Assembly: GCA_951406725.2 (NCBI GenBank)
Contig: OX597815.1
Location: 100,564,001-100,628,000, forward strand
Length of the DNA stretch: 64,000 bases
Direction: 5' to 3'
From: Octopus vulgaris
Taxonomy: Eukaryota
The notes under the pieces were generated by a model. It was not told the origin of the DNA. It saw only the letters and a program-made list of their open reading frames with translations, and made no database searches. Below, piece by piece: positions 1 to 13,766 of this stretch; position 1 is the stretch's first letter, and each line of letters begins with the position of its first letter. Made by a program: the position numbers and the translations under genes.

Positions 1-433
1 AAATAAAAGGATGCTCATGGTTGGAACACCTTTGATTATGGGTCTGTGGGTTCAAGGCAGACTTGGGACTAAAAACAAATTACATTAGATGTGACACTAA
101 CTCAACAATTATTTCATATTATAACAGATATTGTATATATTGATTTTAAAATAGGGTTTGATGTTAGGAAATGCATCAGGCCATAAAACACAACCTTAAA
201 TGTGGAACCTTGATGAATACAAGTAAGTGATAAGGTGAACTCATACTTTAGTAGAAAGAAATGTTTTTAAAATGCATGCACGCATGCACACCACACACCC
301 AGAGTTTATGCAATTTTACAATATTTGCATATTGAAGAAAATATTTTAAAAAGAAAGTAGAATGTTAAGAGATAAGATGTTACAAATAAGAATATACAAT
401 AACGATGAAGCGAAGAATATATATGAAAGTTAC

Positions 434-576
434 CTGACTCAGCTGCCATGTCTGCAAGGATCACAGATTCGATAAAGTGTTTGATGTCAAACTGTAGTTT
501 CCCTTTTTTCAAATAATCAACAAATAGATTACGAACACTGCCTAAAGCCAACAGACATGACTCATGAACTTTCCAC
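434..576 (-). CDS. IPO9: Importin-9 exon 12 (WKVHESCLLALGSVRNLFVDYLKKGKLQFDIKHFIESVILADMAAES); gene continues beyond the left edge
   Basis: CTTGCAG| acceptor, G|GTAACT donor; 143 nt; conserved WK.HE.C.LALGSV. Confidence 0.93.
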
Positions 577-1226
577 CTGCAAGAACAAGGTTAAACAAAA
601 TGTAAATTGTCTTCCTATGTTATTGTTTCATAAGTTAGAGGAGGAGCAACAATGCCCATAACTGTTGTAGGCTCTTCCAGAACTAATGAGGATGTGCAGT
701 TGGAGCATTTAGACACTGATAACAGTAGTAAAAATATACACTTTGAGAGTAGTTCAGTTCTGCAGAGAAGGATTGGGCAAAGTGTTTAATAAAAGAATAG
801 AGGAGGAGAGACAAGTGGGCCTGAGTAGAAAAGGTATTACAGATGACTGGTTTGTGAGTAAAGGGTGTTGTAATAAAGGTAAGAGAGACACAGAATTACA
901 GTGTAATTAGTGAATCTTAGTACATTAATAGTAATAATATTAATGCTATGTAAATGTGAGCAATGCCATAATGCAGGTCATACTCAAGCATTGGTGTGAG
1001 CCAAGTCTCAACCAACTGCATGACTAAATTTATGGATGTTTGTAAGTACTCAATGGTCCAAGCACACCAGATATGAAGACAGGGACAGTGTACATTACAT
1101 GCAAACAGTTATATAAGCAGAATTCTAAATCATGATTTTAGGTGGTCAGTATGTCAACTGATCATTCACTCTCAATATGGTTTAAATAATAAAAATTTTT
1201 TAACGAAAAAAAATTTTAATTCCTAC

Positions 1227-1333
1227 CAATTGGGATTACCAGCATTTTTGTCAAGCTCTGCCTGTTGTATGTGTTGGGTAAAGGCTTGACATAGCGCTGG
1301 GGCACTTTCATTAGGAAACTCAGCAGCAAGGGA
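1227..1333 (-). CDS. IPO9: Importin-9 exon 11 (SLAAEFPNESAPALCQAFTQHIQQAELDKNAGNPNW)
   Basis: TTTACAG| acceptor, TG|GTAGGA donor; 107 nt keeps frame. Confidence 0.9.
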
Positions 1334-1611
1334 CTGTAAAGGAAGGGAAACAATATATAGAAAAAAAAGAACAAAAGGGGATAAGTAGAGGAGGAAATGG
1401 GGAAGAAAGAGACAAAAGGAAAAGGTTTCAGTTAAACAGGAAAGTGAAAATGAATAAAAAGAAGGGAACATAGTTTATGCTTGCAACAGAAAAGGGACTG
1501 AGAAACTTAGTTTATATTTCTGAGTGATAAGATAATGGTAAGTTACACATTGTTAGCAGAAACAGAGTTAAAGAACATTTCAAGAAAATAATTACAAGTA
1601 GGAAAACCAAC

Positions 1612-1710
1612 CAACAACAAATCTTGTGCAGATATTCTAACAGAATAGGAAAATGTATCATCATCTTCATCTTCCACAAACTGATCAGGATCACCGCTCC
1701 ATAACCGCAC
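1612..1710 (-). CDS. IPO9: Importin-9 exon 10 ([33 protein letters not shown])
   Basis: 99 nt; hallmark [22 protein letters not shown]; TAG| acceptor, TTG|GTTGGT donor. Confidence 0.95.
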
Positions 1711-3853
1711 CTATTTAAAATGGTAAAAGAAGCTGTGTGTAAGAAAAAATTAGTCACATCTATGACACTTAGAATTTAAGAATATACAATAGCACAACAT
1801 AAATATTATCATACGGTATCTAACCTGCAGTATCGGCTTTGTTGTTCACTCAGCTAAAACAAGAATTGGTTAGGAAGAGGAGGAAGAAATAAGTGTCTAA
1901 ACTTTGCATGTGCAGCATGTTTTGTTTTGAACACTCAATGTCAACATTTGCAGGAAAAGGAGAGAGAAGGAATTTCCAAAGGTTTCTGTTCTGGAGAGAA
2001 AGGAGTGGACAAAATGTTTTGTGCAGGGGTATCTGGAGTGAAAGGATAAGAATGATAGATGAGTAGGCCTGTGTGGAGAAGCTAGGAACTTAACTAAATC
2101 AGAGAAGCAGTTGCAGTCAGTGGTGAAAAATGCAAAAGGAGGAAACCTTGTGACAGTGTGCCAAGTTATTGAGTGAATTAGTGTCAATCAGTTGAACTTT
2201 TTGGATATGATGCAAAACATTTATATATCAGCAATAGTATTCCTACTTTCACAGAAATAGCAATAGTGGCCCAAACTACGATTCCTCTAAGGGCAAGGAG
2301 ATACAGTAGCATTTATCTGCCTTGTGGAAGAGTGAGATTATTAACAGGAGAGGAAATTCTATTAACTCTTAACAATTTTCACAATCTGACAAGTAAAAGC
2401 ACTAGGAGCACTAGAATAAATAAAAAAAACCTATATATTAAGGCATTTTTTAATGCTCAATTGTTATAAGTCTTGGAAAATTCTTTTCAATGTTAAAAAG
2501 TTAAGGAACAAAGTTGTAGACCTGCGAGGTTAGAGGTGAGCATAGTTCCTCTTGTTTTGAGACACAAAGTTCATCCGTTACATAAAATGCATTTGTGCAA
2601 GCACTGCATAAACACACCAATTCCGATGGCACATAAAAAGTACCCAGCACACCCTGTAAAGTGGTTGGCATTAAGAAAGGCATCCAACCATAGAAACCAC
2701 ACCACAAGAAACAATTGGAGTCTGCACAGCTCCTGTCAGGCCATTTAAACCATGCCAGCATGGAAAACATATGGTAAACAATGAAGAAAGCAATTAGTTT
2801 GTTTCCTTCATAGGTTTCATTACAGAAGTCAACAAAAGTTTGTAGAAGTGTAGACATTTTCAAATTTCTTTCACCTCTTCTCTGGTAAAGGAACTAATCT
2901 GCATCAGCAGACTATCCACAACTTCATGATTAAAGAAAGGATTGTCAAGTTTGGTGTGGCATAGCTATTTTTAAAAGATTAAATCTTAACTGCTGATACC
3001 AGTAATCTAGACGCTGGTCAGTGGTCCCCTGCCCCACAATGTAGCTCACCAGGAAGCACTAAGTTCCCATTCCATGTGTCCACATTAATACCATCTGTTT
3101 ACAATCTCCAGTAAGCAAAAAATTCTATAGTTTCAGCTTTCAAAGTTCAGTGAGAACCAGCAGAAAAAACAAAAAAATCTTTATTTGGAAAACAGTCAAG
3201 GGTTAGCAACAGGAAAAGCATCCAGCTATAGACAGTATAGTTTAGATGGGAAAAAAAGTAAAACCAAACAAAAGCACCATCACATGTTAAATATTACACT
3301 GTTCACACAGCACTGATTACATTACTTTTAAGTCATGAAATAAGTCATGAAGGCAGTGAAATTTGATCTACATGCCTATAGCTAACATCAGTAATGAACT
3401 TCAGAGCTAAATAAAACTTAGTCAACTGATGAATTATTTACATTGTAACACCAGAGTGCAGCTTTGGTTATGTGGCCAAAGAATCTGCAACTGCATAGTA
3501 ACACTTTTAGTTAACATTTGATAGTTGGTAACTATCTTCAACTTAAGTGGTCACCTGGTTTAATAAAACTCCAGTCCTTTGCTGTCTAACAGAGTCCACT
3601 TCATTGCTAGCATTCATTCAGACCTCTTGAAAGAGTAATTTCTTCTGACCTGTCTTGGTACCATGCAGTAGGACTGAACCCAAAACCCTGTGAGTCATCA
3701 TAGGCACTGCTCTTCTTTCAACTAAAGTATTACACACACACACACACACAAAAAGTATAATTAATGTTTAAACCCCACCCCACTCCAAAACCCATACAGC
3801 TCACAATATAATGCAATAAATAAATAAAACTTAAAGAAAAAGAAGTTACATAC

Positions 3854-4005
3854 TTGATCCTCTGTGATTTGCATGTAGAGTATCATGTAGTACAATATTT
3901 CATTACATGACTTCCTCACAGTAGCTCGAAAGCGCACAGTCTCCAAAAGACCCAATACAAATTCAAAGACACTATAAACTAGGTTTTCAAATCCCAGAAC
4001 TTCAC
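3854..4005 (-). CDS. IPO9: Importin-9 exon 9 ([17 protein letters not shown]...[10 protein letters not shown])
   Basis: TCATCAG| acceptor, CAA|GTATGT donor; 152 nt; conserved [10 protein letters not shown] and YMQITE.Q. Confidence 0.96.
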
Positions 4006-5885
4006 CTGATGAAAAATAAAACAAACATACTTTATAAAATAAGGATAAGCTGACCACAAAATTATTAACAATAACTAGCTGCTGCTGTTTCATCTATCTA
4101 CTTGATCAGAACTGATTTAGGATTAAAAGCATTCAAGCCATGGCTATCCCACTTTTTTCCTTTTCAGGAATGTCTCCAGATTGCATTAGTCATTGTGTCC
4201 TTTTTTTAATATAGGGTGTGTTTGAGGGTGTTGGAACTACTACTTCTAACATATTGAGAAACACTGTTTAACCCCATATTAACCTCGACAGAGCCGACAT
4301 GATCAAAAGGTATTCTAGCCATGACCATGTAGCTCCCCTCCAATACCAGCCTTTTTATTTATTTATTTTTTTTACTTCAGTGTATCTATAACTGTTATCC
4401 AATATAGCCTTCCACTTATTAGACAGTAGGGTATGACTGCTAAAAATAAGTATAGCAACCAATAGAGAAACTCATTAGCCAATGAGAGAAATGATAACAG
4501 TGAACAGATGAAGTAACTAGGCAGAAGTGTCCTTGATAATATAATTGCAAAGGTATGGCTGTGTGGTTGAGAAGTTTGCTTCCCATCCACATTGGTCTGG
4601 TTTTGGGTCTAATATAATTGCAAGGTACTTTGGGAAAATGTCTTGTACTAGAGCCCAAGGTCCACTAAAGCCTTGCAAGTGGATTTGGTAGACAGACACA
4701 AAGAAGCACATTGTGTATGTACATAAACACGCGTGTCCTTGCCTTTACACGTGATAGTTGAAATGATGCTGAAACAAACACCAAAGTGTCATTGAAACAA
4801 GAGATCTGGAACAATAGGTTATTGGAAACCTCTCCAACCCATACAATTAATGAGAAAAAAAAATTTAACAAAAAAACAGGGGGGGGGGTGCGATATAGGC
4901 CATCAAAGAATGACTAACTAGTCCATCATATTCAGATCAAAGTTCAAATTATTGAAAGACTATTTGCTGAATTATTTTTTCTACAAATCTCAGTGAACTG
5001 GCAGTGTTTGAGTGTCGGGCAAAAGCCATGCAATATTTATTCTGGCACCTTAGCATTTCATCTTGATAGATGGAGAATTAGTTTACAGTGGTGGACTGGT
5101 GGAAATGTCAGAGTATCAGCAATGCTTTTGTGGTATTTGTTTTGGCTCTTTGCATTGAGTTCAAATCTTGCTATGGCCCACAAGCATAGCATATTTAATC
5201 CATTGCTCAGTGTGACACCACTATCTAATTCTTGTATGCTTTTAGTGAAGTCCACTGTTTCAAGTATTTGGGCTAGGTCTCCAGATTGAGGATTCCTTCC
5301 CACAAATCTCTGAGGCCCTATAAAGGATCATAGACATGCCTTTCTCTGATTAAATGATTAGCAGGAAGTCAATGAATACATATTACAATGTAGCATCCCT
5401 TTCCTTACATCATCTTCATGCATAAACTGTACTTTTTATATGAAGCGGAAGAGTGCCTCCCCACCCCTGTGTAACCCCAGGCCAGTCCTGATCCAGCAGA
5501 CCTATAATACAGATAGGCCAGTCATATCAAGTTTCCATTTATATATATATATATATATATGCTGGCGTTAGGAAGGGCATCCAGCTGTAGAAACACTGCC
5601 AGATCTGACTGGACTGGTGCAGCTTTCGGGCTCCCCAGACCCCAGTTGAACCGTCCAACCCATGCTAGCATGGAAAGCGGACGTTAAATGATGATGATAT
5701 ATATAAAGTTACTAAATATGTATATTATTAAAAAGTGTCATCTCATTCCTAAGAAAATATATTTAGGACTATCCAGGTCTCCCAATGTTTACAGGTTGAT
5801 TTAATGAAGACTGTAAACAGTAGAAAACATTTTTTGTTGCTCACTCAACTACCATTCACTGCAGTTCTAATATAATCTAACTTAC

Positions 5886-5944
5886 CATCTGAATCCACTG
5901 GATTATCAGCTTCCTCTGTGTTGTTTACAACAGTACGAACATAA
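5886..5944 (-). CDS. IPO9: Importin-9 exon 8 (FYVRTVVNNTEEADNPVDSDG)
   Basis: 59 nt; conserved YVRT.VN.TEE...PVDSDG; donor G|GTAAG. Confidence 0.94.
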
Positions 5945-8900
5945 CTGAAATGGGTTAAAGATAACATTTTGATAAAAATGGAGAATAAAAAAAAACCACA
6001 GGGATGGCCACAACATATATGTATAAATCAGTGCTAACATATTGTAGTAACTCAAGTAATTTTAACTGATTAAAATTTTAGATGTGGTAGGAGACAGCCT
6101 CATTAGTTTAATGAATACTAATAAAGAAAAGAACGGGGAGAGAAATTAAAAATAATATGTGGACAGTGCAGTGAAAGGGTCAACTTATGTTTTTTGTATT
6201 ATAAGACCTCTTCAATAAAGTATCCTCTAACTCACCATTTCCCCAGAAACTTAGGCATCCACAAGAAATAGTAAAAAAATACAAAATGACCTACCGATGG
6301 AAAGGCATATTCAAGCCATTTTTGTGCTTAATTCTATCTTCATAATTTCATTATACATGGATGTCATATTTAAAATCCTAATTACCACAGATAATAAAGG
6401 GATCCTGCAGTAAAATGACTTCTAAATAGGGAATTCTAAGTGCAATTTGTCTATACACACACACACACACATATATATATAAAACAAAATAAAAGAAGTT
6501 ATTTTATTCTACATGGGTAGAAATATAAAAAAAAGTTGAAAATGCACAGGGGTTCATTCTGCCTTGCTTCTGATTTTTGAAAATTAGAAAAATCTGTGAA
6601 ACCAGCTAAGTCTTTAAACAAATCAGTGCATTTTCAACTTCTCTTTATGTATATATTCAAACAATATCTCTTCCTCATATTTCCTCTTTCATGCACTATG
6701 CTTATTGCTCATTCCCAATTCTATTCTCACAGCCCTGTTCACTGTATCATTTTTATCCCATAGTCCCCCACCCCCACTATATATCCAGGTTTTCACCAGT
6801 CACTACACTACTTTTGGCCCTTATGCTTCTTTAGCAATACCCTGCGATTTAAGTTATGACCTCCATACTTTCCACCATCTATCTCTCTCTCTTCCTTTAC
6901 CTAACCATCCCATCTATTTTCTGATCCCCATTCCTTGTGAGTATGCCACCATTTCTCTCCCGCACTCTTTCTCTTCTCTTGCACTTCTATCAGGCTGGAT
7001 AGCCATGTATCTCCTTTACAGCAGCACACCTGCTTCTGTCTCATTCCTGATCACTCTCTGTAGCCAGGTAACCAAGTATCTGATATACAGCAAGACACCT
7101 GTTTCTGTCTCACTCAAACCTTTCATTTTTCATCATCTCATAAGATCACTTCCTCCGATGCCTCTCTCCTCCCAAAGGATCTTTGTCTTGCAAGTGACTT
7201 GGTGACTGCCAGTGTTTGGTGCCACACAAAAAGCATTCGGTCCATATTGTAAAGTGGTTGGTGTTTGGAAGGGCATCCAGATGTAAAAACCACGCTAAAA
7301 CTGACCTTGCCTGTGCTTGTGCCATGTAAAAAGCACTGTCCAATCTGCTGGGTGGTTGATGTTAGGAAGGGCATCCAGCAGTAAAAACCATGCCAAAACA
7401 GACACAGAAGCCTGGTGCAGGTTCCTGCCTACCCTCTCGTTATACCACCCATACCACCATGGAAAGTGGACGTTAAACGATGATGATAATGATACCTGCA
7501 CATACATATCATCATGATAATTTAACATCCACCTTCCATAGTGGTATGGGTGGTATGATGAGAGCAGGGTATCTCATTTAATGCCTGTTCTCCATGCTGG
7601 CATAGGTTGGACGGTTTGACCAGGCTGGTACGTTGCACCAGACTCCAGTCTGAGTTAGCATGGTTTTCTATGGCTAGATGACCTTCCTAATGCCAACCAC
7701 TCAGAGTGTAATGGGTGCTTCTTTGTGCCACCAGCATTGGTGCAATCTGCATGACACCGGTATCTGCCATGACTGCAATTTTACTTGGCTTGACGGGTCT
7801 TCAAGCACAACAATGCCAAACGTTTTGGCTACTGCCCTCTGTGAGGCCCAACGCGTGAAAGGTTTTCTTTACATGCCACCAGTACAGGTGCCAGTTACCA
7901 TGACTATGATTTCATTTAGTTTGATGGGTCCTCTCAAGCACAGCACATCGTCTAAGATCTCCGTCATTAGTCATTGCCGGTGTGACGCTCAAAGTTCGAA
8001 GATCATGCTTCACCACCTTGTCCCATATCTTCCTGGGTCTACCTCTATCACAGGTTCCCTCCAGAGAGATTGGCACTTCTTTACACAGCTGTCCTCATCT
8101 ATACACATCACATGACCATACCAGTGCAGTCATCTCTCTTGCACACCACATCTGATGCCTAACTTTTCTCTCAGGATGCTTACACTTTGTCGAGCATGCA
8201 CACTGACTTCATTTCTTTCAAGCCTATGCATGTCCTCGGCTGTCACAGCATGTTTCACTGCCATCAATCTGCCTTGCCAGAAGGGGTAGGAGTTCTCTGA
8301 ACTTTGTCCAGCCTAATCTTATTCTCACAGTTATATTCTCAGAGCATCCACCTCCACTACTAACTGAGGTATATAGATAATGGAAGCTTGCCCCCTTGGC
8401 AGTTGATGGAGTCTATTTTCTGCACATTTTCAGCTAAATTTGATACCTGCATACATAGATGCAAACCATAACTATTCAACCACTAGGCTTTGTAGAAACA
8501 ACTGCTGTCCACTCTACCACTCAACAGATTAAATTTAGATGAACCTTATTCTGGGACTCACTAGACATGTTCATTCAACTGTGCCAGCCTTGACTTTTTG
8601 GTGCAAAAAATAGTCACATTGAAGCATGGACATAGTGGAGAACCTACAAAAATTTCTGAGATTACTACTAATCACAAAATCTTCCTCTACTATATTTGAC
8701 AGATAAAATTCAGCCTAGATTGCAAGGGATTGTCACATGACATTAAAGAACAGACATAGGGAAGAACTTACAAAAGTTTCTAAACCTGATCACATGATCA
8801 TCCTCAATCAAAATGTATCCGAAACAAACTTGGATTTTATGACTTGCTTAATCTTGCATGAGATTCAACTTTTTGAAAGAGAAATAAAAGGATTAATAAA

Positions 8901-9115
8901 AATAAGAAGTGCATATCCTGCTACTAAGAGTAGATACCAAGGAATCTGAGCCAAACTAGACACATATGACATAGAATATCATCAACAAACACAATATATA
9001 CCACCAGATATCAGTGAAGCCAAGAGCAGAACACCAAATAGAAGAAGTCTGCAACATATTTCATAAGTCAATTAAATCAAATAATTTAGTTTACAAAAAA
9101 TAAAAAAAAGGATAC
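5945..9115 (-). other. U12-type (minor spliceosome) GT-AG intron of IPO9
   Basis: 5' site GTATCCTTT; branch point TCTTTAAC (5961-5954) about 10 nt before the CAG; no polypyrimidine tract. Confidence 0.9.
7570..8460 (-). mobile_element. 5'-truncated decayed RTE-clade LINE (RT C-terminus and 3'UTR)
   Basis: Minus-strand remnant RIRLGWTKFRELLPLL and a WYGHV-like region, followed by the family 3'UTR motif TTAGGAAGGGCATCCAGC...CCAGCATGGA. Confidence 0.75.
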
Positions 9116-9216
9116 AATTCCACACTGTGTGTGAACAAATTCCAGACTGGAGGAAGGATTTGAGGTAACCATGTAGACATTGTTTTGGGGAGATTCTTCA
9201 CTAAAACTGTGACAGC
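9116..9216 (-). CDS. IPO9: Importin-9 exon 7 (AVTVLVKNLPKTMSTWLPQILPPVWNLFTHSVE)
   Basis: TTATACAG| acceptor; 101 nt; donor TT|GTATCCTTT is U12-type. Confidence 0.92.
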
Positions 9217-9320
9217 CTGTATAAAATTAGAAGGAAAAAAATATTTAGATTTGTCAAAATTTTCAATTTCACATTAGTAATTTTAAACTAGAAACAAAAA
9301 CTGAGAAGAAATAAATATAC

Positions 9321-9440
9321 CTGAAGAACTTCCATCTTGAGGCCACTATCTGAAGTTTCACCATCAGGAACCTGAAGGGCACTGATAAAAGCATCAGTAA
9401 ATTGTGGAAGGACGGGTAATAGTAAAGCCTTAACAATACC
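9321..9440 (-). CDS. IPO9: Importin-9 exon 6 (GIVKALLLPVLPQFTDAFISALQVPDGETSDSGLKMEVLQ)
   Basis: TTTTGCAG| acceptor, CAG|GTATAT donor; 120 nt; conserved PDG.TSDSG.KMEVL. Confidence 0.95.
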
Positions 9441-10775
9441 CTGCAAAATAAATGTCACACATTCAAAGATCCTTCTGGCTAAGAGTACAAAACATTTCAT
9501 TAAACGTACATAGATTTCATCATTATTTTATTTAAGTATATTTTTAATTTTTTCTAAGACTTTCATTACCATTTAACAAATATTTTCATTTGAATAGTTC
9601 TCATAAATAATTTTTATAAACTATTGAAACAAGTCTTTTTAAAACAAGAAAAAACATTATGATCATGAAGTCAAAATTTTTAGGAAAGGAAATAAAATAT
9701 TGCAATCGTCATGCTTTTACCAAATAACTGGGTGATGTAATCTGTAAAGAATAGTTAAGTGCTACTGCATTCAGCCACGTCGAGATTGTAGCTCACAACC
9801 AAAAATGTTTAAGATTTTAGGGATTTATACATTCCCCTTTGTAAAGTACTTGGCAGAATCTTCCATGAAACCACATCATTTAGAGACTTTTTTAATATAT
9901 ATTAATGCTTCTAAGGCTTAACTCACAAAGGGTTTGCAAAGTAATATTTACTTCATTGGCTGAACCAGTGACTTCCAAACACCATCCACTTTCTGAGGTT
10001 TTTTTAATGGTTTGGTCTTAATGAAGGTGATGTGCTTACAGCTTTTACAGGTGCTTTTAAAAAAAGCAAGAATGATAAATGTTATTTTTTTTCTACAGAA
10101 ATCAGCTTAGATTTCCTGATTTGATCCAAGATTGTTAAAGCAATCTTGGAAGAGATATTGCCACCATTTAACATACAAAAACTATTCTATCCACTTTCCT
10201 TTATCTCTTAATAACATTATCAACTATGAAGTATCAAAAACTTTTATCAAACTTCTGTAATCTTGTCATTGAATTCTAGTGCATATGTCAAACAGATGCA
10301 AAATGTAAGAGATTTTGTGCATCCTTAAATGGACAAAATTAGTTCTATAATGCAAGTGACAGAGTTAGGCTATTAGCTATAAAGCTCAATTTAATTTCAT
10401 CAATACAAATGTGGCTGTGTGGTAAGAAGTTTGCTTCCCAACCACATGGTTCCACATTCACTCCCATTGCGTGGCACCTTGGGCTGACCAAAGCCTTGCA
10501 AGTGGATTTAGTAGACAGAAATTGAAATAAGCCCTTCATCTGTCTGTGTCCTGCACCACTGCTTTACAACCAGTATTGGTGCATTTACATCCCTGTAAGT
10601 TAGCAGTTCAACAAAAGCGACCAATAGAATAAGTACCAGGCTCAAAAAGAAAATAAATACAGGAGTCGATTGGTTCAACTAAAATTTCTTGAGGCAGTGC
10701 ACCAGCATGGCCACGATAAATATCTGAATGATATATCACAAATATTAGAGAAGAAACCATTGAGACTGATCTTAC

Positions 10776-10862
10776 TTTGTGTGTGTCCATCATAGTAGCT
10801 ACCATAGCAACACAAGTGTTGAAGATGTTGACTGCTCGAGTACGCGTACGAATACTGTATGT
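10776..10862 (-). CDS. IPO9: Importin-9 exon 5 (TYSIRTRTRAVNIFNTCVAMVATMMDTHK)
   Basis: TTTTGTAG| acceptor, AAA|GTAAGA donor; 87 nt; resembles IPO9 Y.IRTR.RAV.IF.TC; read by hand, only partly in the ORF track. Confidence 0.92.
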
Positions 10863-10934
10863 CTACAAAAGAAAAAAACATTTTAAATGCAATTTCATTT
10901 CTTTTTAAAATACAAGAAGGAAATAAAAATGTAC

Positions 10935-11120
10935 ATGGCTGTGTGGTAAGAAGCTTGCTTCCTAACCACATAGTTCCGGGTTCAGTCCCACTGCGTGGCA
11001 CCTTGGGCAAGTGTCTTCTATAGCCTCAGGCTGACCAAAGATTTGTGAGTGGACTTGGTAGATGGAGACTGAAAGCTCATTGTGTGTGTGTGTGTGTATA
11101 TATATATATGTGTGTGTGTG

Positions 11121-11159
<39 letters not shown>

Positions 11160-11325
11160 TTGTCCCCTCACCATCACTTGACAACTGATGTTGGTGTGTT
11201 TACGTCCCAGTTCAGCAAAAGAAATCTATAAAATAAGTACTAGGCTTACAAAGAATAAGGTGAATTTGTTCGACTAAAGGTGGTGCTCCAGCATGGCTGC
11301 AGTCAAATGACAAACAAATAAAATA
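10935..11325 (+). mobile_element. tRNA-derived SINE family A with central (TG/TA)n; related copies near 4555, 10410, 46700, 52080 and 56090
   Basis: A-box TGGCTGTGTGG, B-box-like GGGTTCAGTCC, core GGCACCTTGGGCAAGTGTCTTC, 3' part GCTCCAGCATGG... Confidence 0.8.
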
Positions 11326-11749
11326 TAAGAATATCTAATTTGCATCTAATCTTAAGGATGCAAAGAAATGACAGCAACAGACAGATTATTGTGAATCACT
11401 ATTAAAATACCTACTACCCAACCAACATGTCCACCTTCCAGATATTTATATAACGTTGTTTTCTTTTTTTTTTTTATTGCTTGATAACTTCAATGTTCAC
11501 AACTGCCTGATGCTACCGAAGACAGAACAAGGGAGCCCTTATGTGCTTGCTCAATCTGTTAGAAATAGCAACCAAATTTCCTTCAAATCACATCCTACTG
11601 TCAGAAAATTAGGATAAATTGCATATGCAGTTCTATAAATAAAAGAAAATATGAATGGCTGAATACAGAACATCTAATGAAAACCATTTGATGAAGGTTA
11701 ATCTGGAGCTAAACAACAATACCAACTGAAGCTAGAAAGGCCAATTCAT

Positions 11750-12345
11750 CATCAAATAACGTCCATTGTCCATGCTGGCATGGGTTGGATGGTTTGACCA
11801 GGGCTGGCAAGCTGGAAGGCTGCATCAGACTCCAGTCTGATTTGGCATGCCCTTCCTAACACCAACCACTCCAAGAGTGTAATGGGTGCCTTTACATGCC
11901 ACCGACACGGATGCCATTTGCATGACACCAGTATCTGCCATGGCTGCGATTTTACTTGGCTTGATGGTCTTCTTCAGCATAGCATAATGTCAAAGGTTTC
12001 GGTCATTCGTCATTGCCGCCATGAGGTCCAACACTTGAAAGGTGCTTTTTATGTGCCAGTTATGTGACACCAGCATCAGCCACAACTACGATTTCACTTG
12101 ACAGGTCTTAGGCACAGGATATCACCAAAGGTCTTTACACAGCTATCCTAGTACATACACATCATGTAACCATACAAGCGCAGCTATCTCTCTTGCACAC
12201 CACATCTGATGCCTCTTATGTCCAACATTTCTCTCAAGATGCTTACACTTTGTTGTGCATGCACACTGACATTGCACATCCAGTGAAGCATACTGGCTTC
12301 TTTGCTTTCAAGCCTATACATGTCTTCAGCTGTCACATCCCACTT
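11750..12345 (-). mobile_element. 5'-truncated RTE-clade LINE remnant
   Basis: ORF 12184-12393 contains EASMLHWMCNVS...LDIRGIRCGVQER (RTE RT C-terminus), followed by the same 3'UTR. Confidence 0.75.
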
Positions 12346-13766
12346 TGTTTTTTGTTTTATTACTGATGATGATGATAACTGATAAACAAGCAAAAATAAA
12401 TATTTGTTTCAGAATTATTTGGGAAGGAATTTATCTAGGTATCAAAGATACAGCTCAGTTCTATTCAGTTTGTGGCTTAGTACAGGGCTAATTGCAAATG
12501 GATCTGCATTAAATGTGATTAGATCTCAGAGATAAACAACTAAAACTCAATGTGATATTTTTCATTTCTTTCTTTGCTTAGTCAGAGGAAGACAGACACT
12601 TATGACTTACACTGGACATCTGAGACTTGTAGAGGAAAGAGAGGAAAAAAAACCCAAATCAATGTTTGCTGCAATGGAAAGTAGCAAGTCAAGATATTTA
12701 GTTGTGTTCAAACCAATAACCTGGTCTCAATACTTGCAACCAAGTGGATTTTGCTAAAGGTTCCTAAGAGCTAAACAGGGGTGTTAAACCAAGAGACAGG
12801 TTAATTTCTAGCCAAATGACAAAGATAAGGATATTATGAACTGCTGCCTTAATACTGAACTGAATTAGGTGCCAGAGTTGGCTGTAGTGAAAGTATAGTT
12901 GTTGGAGTAAGAAAAGGGTGGTTTATTGGGTTATAACCACAGATGACAACGAAGTTTAACTTGCTAAAAAAATTGCATGGCGTATGTGAGGCATGTGATA
13001 CTATATGATAGAAAGATATAGGTAATAGAGGATGGAGTGAAATGACAGAGCTATGATCAGTTGGATGTGTAATGTTAACTTAAATAAAAGGTGGAGTACA
13101 GAGCTAGGAGAGAGAGAGGATAACTGAACATAGGTAAGAGAGAAGATAACTGAACATAGGTAAATGTAAGAGACTACAGTGCTGATAAAGATGAATACTG
13201 ACAGAATAAAGTACTATAGTAATATGGAGTAATTAGGATAGATCTCAAAATGCTGAACCTTACAGCTGACAACAAACAAGACATATTCCAACATATACCA
13301 TCATGTCAATTTTTCCATGCTGGCATAGGGTGGACAGATTTCACAGAAATTTTATCTATGTTGCTGTGCATTTTATGTTATGCTCTATCAGCATTTGTGT
13401 TATCTTTTAAAAAAATTTGAATAAAAAAAAAAACTAAAAACTTTATTACAAAAATTAATAAAGTTGGTAATAATAAGTCTAGTATTACTCTATCAATAGT
13501 TACCAATTCTTATCAACCAAAGAGGGAGCTTTTATGTAGTTGTTCAGCCTACAAGAAATAGCAGTCAAATCTCCATTCTAGACTGCATTCTACATCATTT
13601 AATATCCGTCTTCCATGCTGGCAGGTCACAGTCAACTGAATCAAGACTGACCTGGAGCTAAACAAATACTATTTTATATAGTTATCAAATGGATTTAAAC
13701 AATTATAAATATTCCTTTCCCATAAATAAATAAAAACTGATAGCAATAAACTATAATTTCACTTAC

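Noticed and set aside
6705-7205. 166-aa ORF
   Set aside because: Pyrimidine-rich intronic sequence antisense to IPO9, non-ATG start, no recognisable domain.
13118-13164. 19-bp direct repeat GATAACTGAACATAGGTAA
   Set aside because: Ordinary short slippage duplication within an old RTE remnant.
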